Part shown: positions 38,801-52,670 of the stretch, piece by piece
Numbering within the stretch: the stretch's first letter is position 1
Layout: the number at the start of each line of letters is the position of its first letter
Source of the DNA: Callorhinchus milii
Lineage: Eukaryota
DNA: 64,000 nt
Reading direction: 5' to 3'
NCBI RefSeq assembly: GCF_018977255.1
Contig: NW_024704743.1
Span: 73,534,001-73,598,000, forward strand
The notes under the pieces: generated by a model
Seen by the model: only the letters and a program-made list of their open reading frames with translations
Database searches by the model: none
Told to the model about the DNA's origin: nothing
Translations under genes and position numbers: made by a program

Positions 38801-40374
38801 CCAGAATAACCCTTCAAAGAAATTGAGAAAGGAAATGAAATTCAGATACTGAGTAAAAAATCATTTTCTGTTGGGAGTCTGAGAGTACTGAAATGCACCA
38901 CATGTCACTGTATGTATTTATAATTTACAAAACAAAATCTATTCTGCATTTTAAAGTACCTCTTTTTGGTATTTGAAACCAAACAGGAGAACTCCTACAT
39001 AGCAAGAGACCACAAGACCCATATTTCACACAGTGGGGTAGAAAATCTAACCAAGTCCAGATTTCTATATTTGTGTGACATTTTAGAACATCCAAAGTTT
39101 GACAAATCCTTAAACACAGCCTTAATTTTGAAGCAAGTTTCTTTGAATTTCTTTTAAGAATCACAGGAAACCGGCATCAAAGTGAATTCACAGCGCTATC
39201 AGGCACAGGAAGTTAACATTATTGGGGGTAGACAGCACCACAAATACAATTGAGAGTGAATTTAACAATTTGCCAAATTCTGGATTCTCTAAGATGCTAC
39301 ATGAATAGGTCTTTAAACCTTGGACAGGAAATGAATGTGTCTCTCCTCTCGCTAATTTTAAGTTAGTATTTAGTGGGTCATAATTCTAGTTGAACAAATT
39401 ATTTTATAATCAATTTATATATATCAGTTACATTTTTAGACAAAATATGACAGATTTGAATGAAACAAACTGTCGAGATCTGCACGTTTCAATTAACTAT
39501 CTCACTGGATGTAATACTGTATATGTCAAACACAATATCTCTCTTAGAATTTTATTGCTGTATTTTCACATTGATAAGCTAACCCATAGTAGGTGAAAAT
39601 TCCAACAAAGAAAGTTTATAAAATTCCAATGAGCATAGGTGCAATTTGCAACAAAATTATTGTTTGTATAATATGAGGCATTACAGCTATTTTAATACCA
39701 ATTTATGGCACTATCAGCATCAAAATGGGCAACATCACAAATAAAAGTGGAAGAACAGAAGGCCATTCAGCCATTTTATTAATCATGGCAGAACTTTTAT
39801 TTTCATTCCTCCAGTTTATACAGTAGAAAGTATCCAGCAGTATTCACTCAGTATTGTGGTTAGATCAACTCCAAGGCTGATTCAAAGTGCTTGCACCATT
39901 AAAGAGCCTTTAGTAAAATAATGTTGGTCCCTAGAGCCTAAATATTAACACAATGTAGTAACAGGATGTTTTGTTGCTATCCTCCAAAGCAGACTATCTC
40001 ATCTAGTATTGCAGCTTGGGCAGTATGGCAGGAACATTCCTAGAACTCATTATCTATGGAACTGTAGTTCAGACTACGGTGCCAATGTAAGTACAGATTT
40101 ATCTTCTCTGCATGACTTATCATTGATACTGAAGAGTGCATGGAGTCCCGCAGACTGGGATTGCCTCATCAGAGACAGCAAGCAAGAGAGCACCCAGCCT
40201 CATCTCTTGGATCAAACCCAGTTGGCTTGAAACGGACTGAAATGACAAGTTTAATTTACAATTGACAAATTAACTTAAGTGCATTTGTGTAACAAAAAAA
40301 TCTAAAAGGGACAACATTGATAAATCAGGCGCAAAGGAAAAAAAGATTTTATTTAGTCGTTAATCAAACACTAC

Positions 40375-40600
40375 ACCACCCAGAACTGTGCAGCTCATCT
40401 TGTCTCCTCTCCGAACCAGACTCCACAAGCCTATCACATCCATCCTTGCTCTGCTCCAATGGCTCCCCATCCCCCAGCAGATGGAATTCAAGATCCTTGT
40501 ACTCGTTTTCAAATCCCTGCATGGTCTACCTTTATGATCTCCTGCAAACCTAATGCTCTGGCTGCTCCCTCTGCTCAATGAACACTGGTTTGCCCCAGCC
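40375..40600 (+). mobile_element. Decayed L2 ORF2 C-terminal fragment
   Basis: QN.AA..S...ITSILALLQWLPIPQ...FKILVL-type remnant. Confidence 0.7.
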
Positions 40601-40624
40601 CCACCTGAGGATGTTAATAAACCT

Positions 40625-41070
40625 GGTGCCAGTGGACAGGGAGAGGTTGCTGAGGTCTGTGAGTAGGGTGGCAAGGAGATGGAGCTGGTAGGTAAGGAGA
40701 GGAGCAGTGATGGGGTCGAGGGAGCAACTGGTGGGTTTCATGCAGGTTATAGTGGTGGTGAGTGAGGAGGAGGAGACAGGTTCGAAGGTGTGGAGGGAGG
40801 GATGGGTAGGTGCTGGAGTGTGAGCGGGAAATGGGGAAGGGATGGCGGTTGAGAGGGTGGAGGCGGCTGAATGGAACCCCTCGATTTTGGTCTTGAGGAA
40901 ATCCAGCATCTCCTCACAGTTGGGAGTTGGAGGTGAGGATGGGCGAGGAGTGAGAGGGTGGGTGGAGGAGCCTGTTGGTGATGGAGAAGAGGAGCTGGGG
41001 TTGTTCTTGGCCTCCAAGATTATCTTGGAGTAGAACGACGATTTAGTGGAGGCGAGGTCTTTGTTAAGTC
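40625..41070 (-). mobile_element. L2 ORF2 linker fragment
   Basis: Motifs [28 protein letters not shown] and KPTSCSLDPI; homologous to 17880-18330. Confidence 0.88.
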
Positions 41071-41529
41071 GTAATGTCTGTGTAAGAATTATACAGCACA
41101 AAAGGAGACCATTTGGCCCATCGAGTCTGTGCCGAAAGCTAGATAGATACTCGGTAGTATCAGAGATATGGAGAAAGGGTGGGGAAATGGAATTGAAGAA
41201 TTGGCATAAAATTAAGAGGGGAGTCATTCACTTCCTGGTTGTTTAAGGGACGTTGCACTGCACAAATTGGCTGCTACATTTCATATTCATCCACAAATAC
41301 ACACTCATCTTTACAGAAAAGTCTGTGAAGTGCTTTCAGATATTTGACATAATAAGGCGCCAAATAAAATGAAAGGATTATTATTTTAATTATTCTCTTC
41401 CCCACTGCACCAGAAATCTAAAAATGTCTTGTGTTTTACTGTTTGCAGAATACTTCAGATGGTTGCTTTTGCTGTTCTGAGTGGCAATGTATTCTGCAGC
41501 ATATATGCTGATAAATTTGTACCAGTTAC

Positions 41530-41895
41530 CAGTTTTTCAAATCCTTTCACTCCCTGGCACCTCCCTACCTCTCCAACCTCCTCACTCCCCAATCCACCAC
41601 ACGGCGCCTCCGCTCGACTGGCACCGGCCTCCTGCTCATCCCTCGCACCCTCCGCCCCACTATCGGAGGTCGCGCTTTCAGTCACTATGCCCCAAGACTC
41701 TGGAACACTCTCCCTCAATCCCTCTGCCTTGTCACCTCTCTCCTCTCTTTCAAGTCCTGCCTGAAAACTTTCTTCTTCGACCGTGCTTATGGCTACCTCC
41801 CCCACCAGCTTGGAGACAGGCTGTTAAGCGCTCTGAGACCCTTGGGGGCGCTATATAAGTGCTATATAAGTGCAAGGTGTTGTTGTTGTCGTTGC
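41530..41895 (+). mobile_element. L2 3' fragment with tail
   Basis: [24 protein letters not shown] remnant and (TTG)n tail. Confidence 0.85.
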
Positions 41896-42618
41896 AGTTA
41901 AGATGCAGCTAGCCTGCAGTTCCTTTAACACAGAAAAAAAGTGTTGAACTGATGTTAAATGTGCGGCATGAATAGGGTATTAATTTTTCAATAGCAATTT
42001 ACACTCACAGTTAGTTTCTAATTTATGTAGCTGATCTGGAAAGAGAGATCATGCCTTGTTGTCTCAATGTGGTTAAAGATTCAGCCTGTGATGCAATTAA
42101 AAGATCACAGAATTGTCCTTTGTTAGTCTGCCAGAAATAAAGTGTCTTGCTCATCTGGAAGGTAGGCTTTGTAAACTGAGATTATTTAAGTTTGTGAATG
42201 CTTGTTACTCAATACCTTTCTTGGCAGAAAGCATTAGCTTTCTGCCTTAGCATTAGCACGAGTGAATTATGGCAAAAAAAAGCTTTTCAAAAAACAAAGA
42301 TAAACAATTTCATCGAACAGAAAGCTTATAGCAAGGAAATAAATACCTTTCACTGGCACAGGCCTGAGTGTAATTACATGTATCTGCAGATTTCCCCAAG
42401 GGGAAAAGATCACAATATTTTTTGGCAGAATAGATATTTTTGGAAAATATGAATAAAAAACTATTGCACCCTCTGTATTCATGTCCTGTTTAAACACTGA
42501 CTATCTGAAATGTGCTTGTACTGGGGGCAGATGAAGCCAAGAAGAAATCCCCTTACAAGTTCTCTGCAACTTAACTCCTGAACGAGTGAAGCACGATAGT
42601 CACACAGCAGTGGTTTAC

Positions 42619-42723
42619 CTTTTTAGCTTTCGTGAGGTGTGCCCTGGCAGATTTCTTGAATGCAGCCTCCTGATCCGACTTCTCTGCTTGAAGATAACAA
42701 ACCCATCCCAGCAGATACCAAAC
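42619..42723 (-). CDS. acl4: Penultimate coding exon (105 nt, phase 0/0) of the Acl4-like gene: VWYLLGWVCYLQAEKSDQEAAFKKSARAHLTKAKK
   Basis: Minus strand reads gtatttttcttgtag|GTTTGG...AAAAAG|gtaaac. Open frame with a TPR-like WYLLG...A...L..A pattern, in frame with both neighbouring exons. Confidence 0.9.
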
Positions 42724-43066
42724 CTACAAGAAAAATACATTCTTCAGGTCATCTATTTTGCAATTGTGGGGAATTAGTTGCAGAAAGAGACCATCGATAA
42801 CTTTCTGAACAAAGGCTGCATGTTGTGATGAAACGAATAGAGTCAACTCCTCAGAGAATGTAATTTGTCCCTGAACTGATCTTCATTTCAGCAAAGGCAT
42901 GAGACTACTACTAGACAGGGACTGTTGTGTTGTTTGTTATTGTTCAGAATATAGATTAAATTCCACAGGATTTGATGAATAATATAAAAACTGCTTTTAA
43001 TGCTATAGTAATGAGCACGAGAACATTGAGGATGAAATCCCAGAGGCTCAGGACAAAATGGCTGAA

Positions 43067-43471
43067 ACAACAAGAACAAGATTACATTTGTATAGTGCCT
43101 TTCGCATCGGGAGGACGTCCCAAGGCGCTGGACAGTGTACAGCATTTCAGACCCGAGCTGGGGGTGGGGGGGGGGGGGGGGGAGGGGAATGGGGGTGGCC
43201 GATGGCATGGTCGAAGAGGAGGGTCTTGAGGCGGGACTTGAAGGAGGCTAAGGAGGGGGCGAGGCGGAGTGAATGGGGGATGGAATTTCACAGGCTGGGA
43301 GCAGAGTGGCTGAAGGCTCTCCCGCCAATGGTGGGGCGGGTGGGTCCGGGGACATGGAGCAGGCCAGAGCCGGCTGAGCGGAGTGAACGGGCGGGTTGGT
43401 AGGGGGTTAGCTGGTCGCAGAGGTAGGGTGGGGCGAGGCCATGGAGGGCTTTGTATGTGAGGACTAGGATG
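43067..43471 (-). mobile_element. L2 3' fragment
   Basis: ILVLTYKALHGLAPPYL...TIGGRAFS; same tail as 15987 and 24831. Confidence 0.9.
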
Positions 43472-46400
43472 TGTAAGTCAGTCAATTGTCAGTGTAAGAA
43501 GCTGGCTAGTCAGAGCCAAAAAACAGCTGTAGCACTCTTCTGGTTAGTGCGGGTCCATAGGAAATCATTGCTGTAAGCCAAGCTGTGCTAAAATGAGAAG
43601 TGTTCTAGCAAGATGGCCCGATATGCACTCCTCTACCTTGATACCTCTCATCAATTTCTTAACCAAATACAGGACAACTGTGGATGTCCGGCACAGACTT
43701 GTCGGCTTCCTGCACTAAAAGATTACCATCCTTCAGGTTGTCAGATCGCCACTGACACAATTTCCTTCGCAGGAAGTGACTTCAGCAGCAACTTGATAAC
43801 CTGAAAACAGGACAGGCAGCCATTTGTTTCCTGGACCAGTTATAAACACAGTACCTAATTATCTGAATCAGAGACAGTGTGTTTTACAGTGTGCATTGTA
43901 GTTGCCTGGTTCTGTGCTGAATTTGTTGACACATTCTGCCATAATCTTCTAATCAAAGGATCTGATGGACCATTTCACTTCTTCGCCAGTCTGTTTAAAT
44001 TAATGAAATATAAACTATCTATCTATTACCTTCCCTTTCTGAGCTCGAGTCTGTGTCCCTTGTAGGTTTGTTATGTTAAGAATATTATTATAACTCAATT
44101 TATCGATACCTTTTATTATTTTAATACTCCAATAAGATCTCTCCGGAACCATATCTTCTCCAATATTTACATAATAATCTCATTGCTGTAGGTGAAACTC
44201 ATAATCTTAATTCTAGTTATCAATTAATTTGTCCTTCGCTGTACTATCCCCTCCGTCAAGATGTCCCCACTGTAATGGCATGTTCTCAAGCCACAAACAT
44301 ACTTGATGTATGATAGATCTGGTCAGATTATTCTCGTACCTCACATCAAATAACTCAACCCCTATGGCTAATTTATTTTCTCACGGGAATTCTAGCAATA
44401 AAACATATAAAGAGCAGGATAATCATCAGCAGTGATGCCATTAACAATGGCTCTGTGTACAAAGGTGAAAGACAGAAGTACAGATGCCTTATTTGTTAAA
44501 CTGATCACATCAATTTCTGATTCTGGTGACTGAGTGTACACTGGGCCACAGGAGAGTCGGCAAGTCTCATCAGGCAACTTGACTTGTTGAAAACACACCA
44601 GTCTTTTATTGGTTTTACTTTTGTTTTGAGGGAAGCATTCTGCATCTTAAATAGTTTAAGCTGTTTGGCCCTGTCAACTGCTTTTAACTGAATCATCAAT
44701 CAATATATGAGTAGGTGGTAAAGTAACATCTATCATAACACTATTTGGGAGTGTGTTACAAAGTGGCAAACTAATCTACAGAATCAGAAATCAAGTACTG
44801 TGAGAACTGAATCTCAAGTGGTACATGAAGCCATCAGATCCTAAAGATTGGATAGTGTCTAAGCTTAGATTACCTGCTCTACGTATGGGATTCCTCAATT
44901 TTGAAATATGATTCAATGTCCATATTCCAAACAAATGGATTGTCATCGAAAGGGGGAAAATTCCATTTCACTGCCAAGTATAAATCCAACACCAGAATTG
45001 ACCATTCTGAACAATCCTAGTATTCAGGTGCATTTCCACCGCATATTAGACAAATAGAGACCATGTGGAGAACTCTTAGTAGTTTGGTTTGGAGACTCTT
45101 AAGGATGGTGTTGATTTCTATGCGTGTGTCAGACACCCAGCTGGCCCAAAAAATCCAGAGAAAGACACATGTATACAGAAGGCGAGCGGGTCTACCAAAA
45201 AGATATTTTCGTCAATATTCTAAATACTCAATCTAGTGTGTGCAGCCTTCTTTCCCGGATTCATAATCCTCACTTCTGGAGTTGGAATTACCTACAGTAG
45301 TGACATTGAATTTGGATTTGGTGGTTGCATAAATGAGGAACAACATAGTTATAATAATGATTCGGTATATTGCCTTTCAGGTCAAACAAATGGATATATT
45401 GTGATATAAAGAAACAATTCTCTGTCTAAGCTGATTCAACTGATCATAGTTTGGAGTTCTACCATTGCTGACTCGTGGGAAGTCTAACAAGATCTCGGGT
45501 ATGTGAGTTGGTGTGACATATGTGAGTTCTCCGCATTTTATATCCTGAGGCGCCTTTCATGCTCCCTGCTGGGCATCATTTATTCCACCATTCTTCTGAT
45601 GAGCTCTTTTTCAAACCCAATGTCCGCTTACACTTCCCACACACAGGTCTGTGGCAGCCTTTGCAGAGTAGAGTGCCAGCAGCACTTAATGTGATGGAAG
45701 GCTGTTTCTACGTAAAACCAAGGATTATTATTATTATTAACCTCTGGAGGCAGCATCTATCAGTGCTGGTGGCAAGATAGAAAAACTCACCCACCACAAG
45801 GAGTTTTTCTTGCAGTTCAACTGGGAGCAGACAGACTGAGCTCCAAGCTCACCCGACCAAGCCAATGAAACAATGTTGATATTGCTGGTCTATTCCCAAC
45901 ATCTGTAAACCTCCAAAGCCAACCCGCCCATCCCTCACTCCCCACCCCCGGATAATTTGTTGTAAAATTCCCCAGCAGGTAAATACAACACTAACAACTT
46001 GCATTTATATAGCGCACTTCACGTGGGGTAGCATCCCAGAGTCCTTGTGGATACAGTGGATTCTACAGCAAGGGAGGTTCTAGCAATGCAGAACTTCTGT
46101 TTAAACACAATCCAATTTACATTTATGTAGTGCCTTTCATGTGGACGTCTTGAAGCACTCAACAATGATGGATCGGCACATGAGCTGGTGGGGGGGTGAC
46201 CAAGGGACGTGGGTGCGGAAGGAGGAATGTTTTGAAACTGGCCTTGAACAAGTGGAGGGAGGGAGTGAGGGAAGGAATTGGACGCAATCAAGTGTGGAGT
46301 TCCAGAATGCAGGGGCAGAATGGCTGAAAGCCTGCCTGCTAAAGGTGGAGCAGGTAGGACAGGGGACATAACACAGGCCGATGTTTGCTGAGTGAAGAGA

Positions 46401-47199
46401 GCAGCGGCGTCAGTGTAGTTGAAGGACACAGAGGTAGATGGGAGCTCCCACCCTACCTTTGTGAATGTAGCTGGAAAAAGGACAGAAAAGCTGCTGGTGA
46501 GTACACCCAGACACATTGAGCTAATAGAACTATCCATCCCCAATTTTCACTGAGCCAGTGGGTTTATTTTGTATAAAAAAGAGACAATCTTTGCCCACAC
46601 AGTGAATTTTTTTTTAACGCTCACAAGGATCCCTGTGGAGCAGCAGTTAAGAGGCTCTGCCTTTGTAAAGCTATGATCAGGGGTTTCATGGAGGAGCAAA
46701 AGTCCAATCTGCTAGCGGATTGTGTTTGAGGAGTTTCAGCAGTTCTCAGTGGGGCTGCTAGGCAGGATGTCCAACAAGGCTGAATAAACACACATGCCAT
46801 CTGGCTCACCCTTGGAAGCTGGCTTCTTGTCAGACGTTCAAGACTGGCGCTGGAAACAACCGAGCAGCACACTACTGTGTAGTGAGCCCTTTGCGCGCTT
46901 TCAGAGAGCATCTGCAACAACCATTTTCTGTCATCTCACATTAATGCAAATGATAAAAAGCATCATTAAACAACACCACGTCCCCTCATGTGCAATATTG
47001 TTTTTGAACTTCTGCTGAAGGTAATATTGGTATTGTCAGAGTGCATCTTGTTCATAGGTAAAATGTAAGATGACAAATTTGGTTATAGTGCTCAAAGGGA
47101 AATGGAAGAATTGAATTATTATTCTGGATAAATCATTAATACTGTACCATCAGCTCAGTGCTTAGCTACTATAACAAAAAAGGAGAAACCTTGATGCCT

Positions 47200-47665
47200 A
47201 ATAATAATAATAATAATCCTTGCATTTAATAGAATGCCTTATTTTGTTGTTGAGACATCTCAAAGCGCTTCACAGGATTTTACTGTGAAATGTAATGATT
47301 GTGTATTTGTAGGCAACAACAAGATTACATTTGTTGCAGGAGACAATTTAGGCTCAGCAATGTCCTGCAAACCTCTATGAAGTGAATGACCAATTTTATC
47401 TGGGAAATTGTTGGCCAGCATATCTGAGAAACTCCTTTCTCTTTTAAAATAGTGCTGTGGGATTTTTAACATTCACATGAACAGGCATAGACCAGACCCT
47501 GGTTTAACATTTCATTTAAAGGATGGCACCTTCGACACTGCAACACACCCTCAGCAATGCGTTTGAGTCTCAGACTAGTGAGTTCAAAGTCCAGATGTGG
47601 GCCTGGAGCACACATCTTTCTGACACAGAGGGCAAGAGGGCTACCAACTGAGTCAGGTTAGCACC
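47200..47665 (-). mobile_element. Ancient long tRNA-Deu SINE, near full length
   Basis: (AAT)n tail, Deu body, and head gctaccaactgagtcagg on the + strand. Confidence 0.78.
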
Positions 47666-50504
47666 TGTATATATCAGGGAGAAGGAATAGAGGGGTATAG
47701 GTGAAGGGAATGGGAGGGATGGAAGCTTGGACACTGGCAAAGACTAGTTAGGCCAAATGGCCTGTATCCATGCAACATCATTTTGCATAAGAAAAAAATG
47801 GAAATACCGATCGAACACGGACTTGGCTAGACTCGTACAAATGTTTAGGGGGTGGGGGGAGGGCACAGACAGCTGTGTTTTTAAGTTACTACGCATGAAG
47901 GTGTGGAAACTGTGCCCCTACCTCTTCTCCGCCTTTGCTGCTCTTCAGATCCCACCTGAATCCCTTAAAAAAATTGTGGTCACTCAGTCCATGATTGTTT
48001 GTGGGTAACTACTGTGCGCAATTGGCTGCTGCGTTTCACCCACAGAATATACAGTCACTTCACTTTACAGCATGTCCTGTGAGTTGTTTTGAGACGTCTC
48101 AACGACGTGGTGAGGCGCTATGTCAAATGCAAGGGTTATTCTTATTAAAACTGTGCTTTTCTTCATGTGCAGAGTGTAAACATTAACAGGCATATTTATG
48201 AACGCTTCATTATTCATCACAAATGGAAGACTCCTGGAATGTGGTTGTGGCTCCAGAAAAGCTGGAGAGGGAAAATAAGAGAAAGCAATATGCAACTGCA
48301 CGGCACCTCCCGTTGGTTCAGTTAAAGTTCATGCATCTGTCTGGGAGTCGTTAAGTGAAAGTCCAGGGTCCTGGTCATAGGTGGGCCAACAAGGGAGCTC
48401 ATATACTACTGGTGAGAGACTGATCCATGGTGAAATAGTGTGACTTCCAGTGTTCTACATGTCTAATTATTATTAATAATTATACACAAATATACAGTCA
48501 ATTCACTTTACAGTATATTCTGTGAAGCGCTTTGAGACATCTAGAAGATGTGAAAAGCACTATATCAAATGCAAGGATTATTATTATTAGAAGGTAAGTG
48601 TTTGATCGAGTAGTACAATGAGAGCATATCTGATCTTGTGTGATCCAATGAGAAGGAAAGCGTCTGATCTCCCCAGTGGTCTAGTGAGAGGATAATTGTA
48701 GGAGGAGGAACTGGTCTAATTCTGGTTCGACCAGCCAGAGTGTCTGCACGTATAACAGAAAATCAGGACTCTGGAACTGGACTTAAATCTGAATTTAAAG
48801 GATCTGAATTCTGAATCCTCCAAATGGGAATCAGGACAATTTGTATTGGGACATTCATCTCTGGTAAATGCTAATCTGTTCAATTAACGTGTTGCAGACT
48901 TAATCTAAATATAATCCATTAATTACAACACAAACACATTGCAACATATGTGTGCAATGCTTGCAGAACTTGCCCTCATAACAGATGCTAAGCAAGGTAT
49001 TATGTGAAGGAAAATTTTACCAGCATTCCTGACAATTTTGAAAAGGACCGTCTGTTTCTTATAAATATTGGCATTTTATGAGAACAGTATTGATAGCTAA
49101 TATAAGAATTTTATCTGTAAATCGAGTCTTTATGCTGCAGTGGCCAAGAGTGAATAACATCAAGACAATTTACCATTGAATCACATAATTAAATAAAAAA
49201 AAGTCTGTGCAATTTATTGTTTGCATAGAGGTCTGAGTTACCATCGCTGACAGGCTCCATCAAAATCTCCATTGAGATGCACTATGTCGGTTTACCAGTA
49301 CTGATGGGTAGCAGCCCAACACGTTTTGCTAAACAAGCTGTTATTTGCCAGGGAAAATAACTGACTCAAAGGATAATATTCTGAAATCCATCTATTTTCC
49401 ATGAAAAAGAAACAGCGAACTCAGTTTCTTGCATCAACATGATGTGCTCAACCAGTTGACAGCAGAACTGGCACATTCCTTTCAGAGTCAGGCACTGGGA
49501 CAAATTTAACGTGATGACTCGGGTATATTAAGAAAATTAAGTATTCAGAACATCTGTTGTCAATGGGCTCTCCGCTTTGTGGCAGAAAATATATGGAAAG
49601 AAATTAAACAGGCTGAAATTTGATAGCAATACGAACCAGTTCATCACTGGCATGAGGTGAAATTCATCATATTAACAAATTGTCCAAATTGGATATTCCT
49701 ACCACTAATGGCATTTTCGTCACGGTTTACTGCACCTTTTGGAGAAAAAAAACAATAAATACTAAAGATTAATAGTCACCAAATGGCTGCCCACTTGGTC
49801 CTCATACATTTCATTTAAATGCTACTGTTGATCTTGTCCCTCTGGAATGAGTCATTTTTTTGAGCCATGAAACTAATCTCACACCATTATAATTTTCCCA
49901 AATTTCTATGGAAAGAAAAATTGTGGCAGAAAACTAGAGAGTGGTAAACGTAGTAAATGGAGAGGTTCAGTTGTTGGTAAACTATTGTCTGGAGCAATCA
50001 GCCAGATTCGGCTGATGGAGTAGGAGGCATAGGTGAGAAGGCGGAACAAGACTGCTGCAGTTTTGCACACATTCTGCTAAACAAAGTTAAGGCTGATGAT
50101 CCAAGATCTGATGTCTAGTAGGTCAATAGTTGAACTGGGGTCATTGGCATACATGTGGAAGGTGAGCACCTCACGCCCCCCACCCCTCTATTTGGTATAC
50201 TAGCCAACATCCCCCAGGTAAAATCAGTCATTCACTTTGTGGTTGTTTATGGGATATCGCTTTATGCAAATTGTATGCCACATTCACCTACATATACACA
50301 AAAATATCCTGTGAAGCGTTTTGTGACCTCTTGACAATGTGATAAGGTCTATTTCAAACACAAGCATTGTTATTATTCTTATCCTTACAATAAATCATGC
50401 CATCAAATGGGAAGCATATAGTAGATAATAGGAAAGGACCAAGGAATGAGACCCGAGTTGCCAGTAGATGATCACTGTTGAGGAAATACACCATACTGAA
50501 AATA

Positions 50505-50895
50505 TACATTACATTAGAGTACATTAGAATATACAGCACAGAAACAGGCCATTCGGCCCAACTGGTTTATGCCGGTGTTTATGCTCCACATGAGCCTCCT
50601 CCTGCCCCTCCTCAACTAAGCCTTCAAGCATAACCTTCTATTCCTTTCTCTCTCATGTACCTATCTAGCTTTCCCTTAAATATATCTTTGCTATTTACCT
50701 CAACAACTCCTTGTGGTAGCAAGTTCCACATTCCCACCACTCTCTGTGTGAAGAAATTTCTTCTAACTTCCCTATTTGATCTATTTGTGAATATCTTATA
50801 TTGATGGCTCCTGCTTTTGGTCTCCCCCACAAGTGGAAACATCTTCCCTATGTCTACCCTATCAAAACCTTTCATAATTTTAAAGACCTGCCTCA
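50505..50895 (-). mobile_element. CR1 3' end, relatively well preserved
   Basis: VFKIMKGFDRVD...RRNFFTQRVVGMWNLLPQGVVE...FKGKLD plus the 3' UTR gggccgaatggcctgtttctgtgctg. Confidence 0.92.
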
Positions 50896-51144
50896 TGGTT
50901 TTGAGGGTTAATGATACTCCTATTTTACAATATAGGAGTAAAAACAAGAGAGTAGTCAGCAAAACCTTGAGGCATTATGTTCCTGAATACAAATGACAAC
51001 ATTGCAAGAGTGAGAAGGGAACCAATCAAATCTTTTTCTAAAATGTTTCTAAATGTACATACCCAGCCAAGATACTGAACAAAACATGAGGTATTTATAT
51101 TTCTGACATTTTTTTTTGTCACTGTTCGCTTTGGTTTTATGCTT

Positions 51145-51480
51145 CCATTCTCTCTTCTCACACTACTTTGTGCTATTCTTTTGTTACTCTTCTCTCCCTT
51201 GAAGTTTAACTATTTCTCTCTTCCTTTATCTCTCTCTCTGATGTTGCTCTATTACTCTCTCTCTCTCTGATACTCCTCTATTTTTCTATCTCTAACATTT
51301 CTCTATTTTATTTCTCTCTCTCTGATTTTCCTCTATTCTTTTTCTCTCTCTGATGTTTCTTTTTCTGTCATTCCTCTATTTCCCTCTCTTTGATTTTCTT
51401 CTACTCTCTATCTGACATTTCTCTTAATCTATATTTTCTTAATTTCTCTTTCTCTGGCTATTTAACTTTCTTCTGTTGTT
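51145..51480. repeat. About 330-bp pyrimidine-rich degenerate tandem tract (unit approx. ctctattttctctctctctga)
   Basis: Directly visible CT-rich periodic sequence. Confidence 0.85.
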
Positions 51481-52139
51481 CATTTTCGTGTCCCATTTAG
51501 GTCAGAATACATTGTAAAGTTTACACTGATGTAAAGTGAGAAAAGATTAGTTAATTGAACTATTTAACACCTACATCTGTTCTGCATGAATTGATCAGCA
51601 GTGAGCGTCATTACCTGCAGTGAAAATCTCTTCTCCGCTGTTTTTCTCTCTCATTAGCTGCCATTGGGCTGGCAATCTGGGGACTGCACAATGCTTAAGT
51701 CACAGGCAGAAGGGCAAGGCTCAAAACCTGCCATCAGTTAGAAATATCCCCATAGCTGAATACAGACACCAAATACTGAAGGATCCACTCAATGAGTGTC
51801 CACCATCTTTCATTCATTTCTGCACCCTCTGGAACCAATAGTCAATCAAAATAAAGTCACCAGGTAGATAAAAGGAGGGTTTACTTGACTTCCCAGCCAC
51901 CTACAGTGATTCCCAGACAAAGCCTAGGAGCAAAGTCACCCGATATACAAGCACTGGTCCGGGTCACCACGACTGTCCAAGGGATTGCTAATGACAGACC
52001 AACCAGCCTGGGTGGTTAGCAGGAGATGAAGAGGCAGACCGGCACACTCACACTCAGCTCCCATTAACCCTGCAAGCCAAAGCCCTAAGGGGTAGGATAG
52101 TCCTAGCTGGAGAATGAACACTTGATGGAGAAACTGTTA

Positions 52140-52560
52140 GCTGGGTTATTGAGTAAAGGATGTTCGGGTTCATAAATCTTTAAAATGTTATGCATAGGTG
52201 CAGGAGGTAATCAAAATAGCTAACACAATGTTGACATTTATCACAAGGATGTTAGAAATAGAGAAGTCAAGAAGTGATGTTAAAGTTGTATAAAACAATG
52301 GTTTGAAGTACTCTGTGCAATTTGGGCACAAAACCTTAAGAAACATATATTCGTGTTAGAAAGGATGCAGTGTCGATTTACTAGAATAATTTCTGGTGAA
52401 GGGCCTAAATTATGATGAAAGGATGGAAAAACTTGGGATTGTATTCTCTCGAGTTCAGGCGGTTGAAGTGTGATCTGATCGAGGTATATAAAATTATAAA
52501 GGGCTTTGACAAGCTGAACAGTGTTCTCTGTTTCCTCTGGCAAGAGAATTGAGGACTGGA
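52140..52560 (+). mobile_element. Heavily decayed CR1 RT C-terminal fragment
   Basis: KANxMLxFI, LERMQCRFTR and DLIEVYKIIKGFD remnants. Confidence 0.7.
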
Positions 52561-52670
52561 GGCTTTTTTTTTTTATTTTTTAGCTTAACTGCTATGTCGG
52601 TGTCTCACATATGTACTCGGCAAAAAACCCACCCAATAGCACCCAGCACAAATAGTGAATGTTATCCCAC

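Noticed and set aside
40550..41227. 225-aa minus-strand ORF, and a possible twin-priming inversion with neighbouring L2 pieces
   Set aside because: A patchwork of CR1 tail and frameshifted L2; the pieces are far apart in L2 coordinates and I found no shared TSD.
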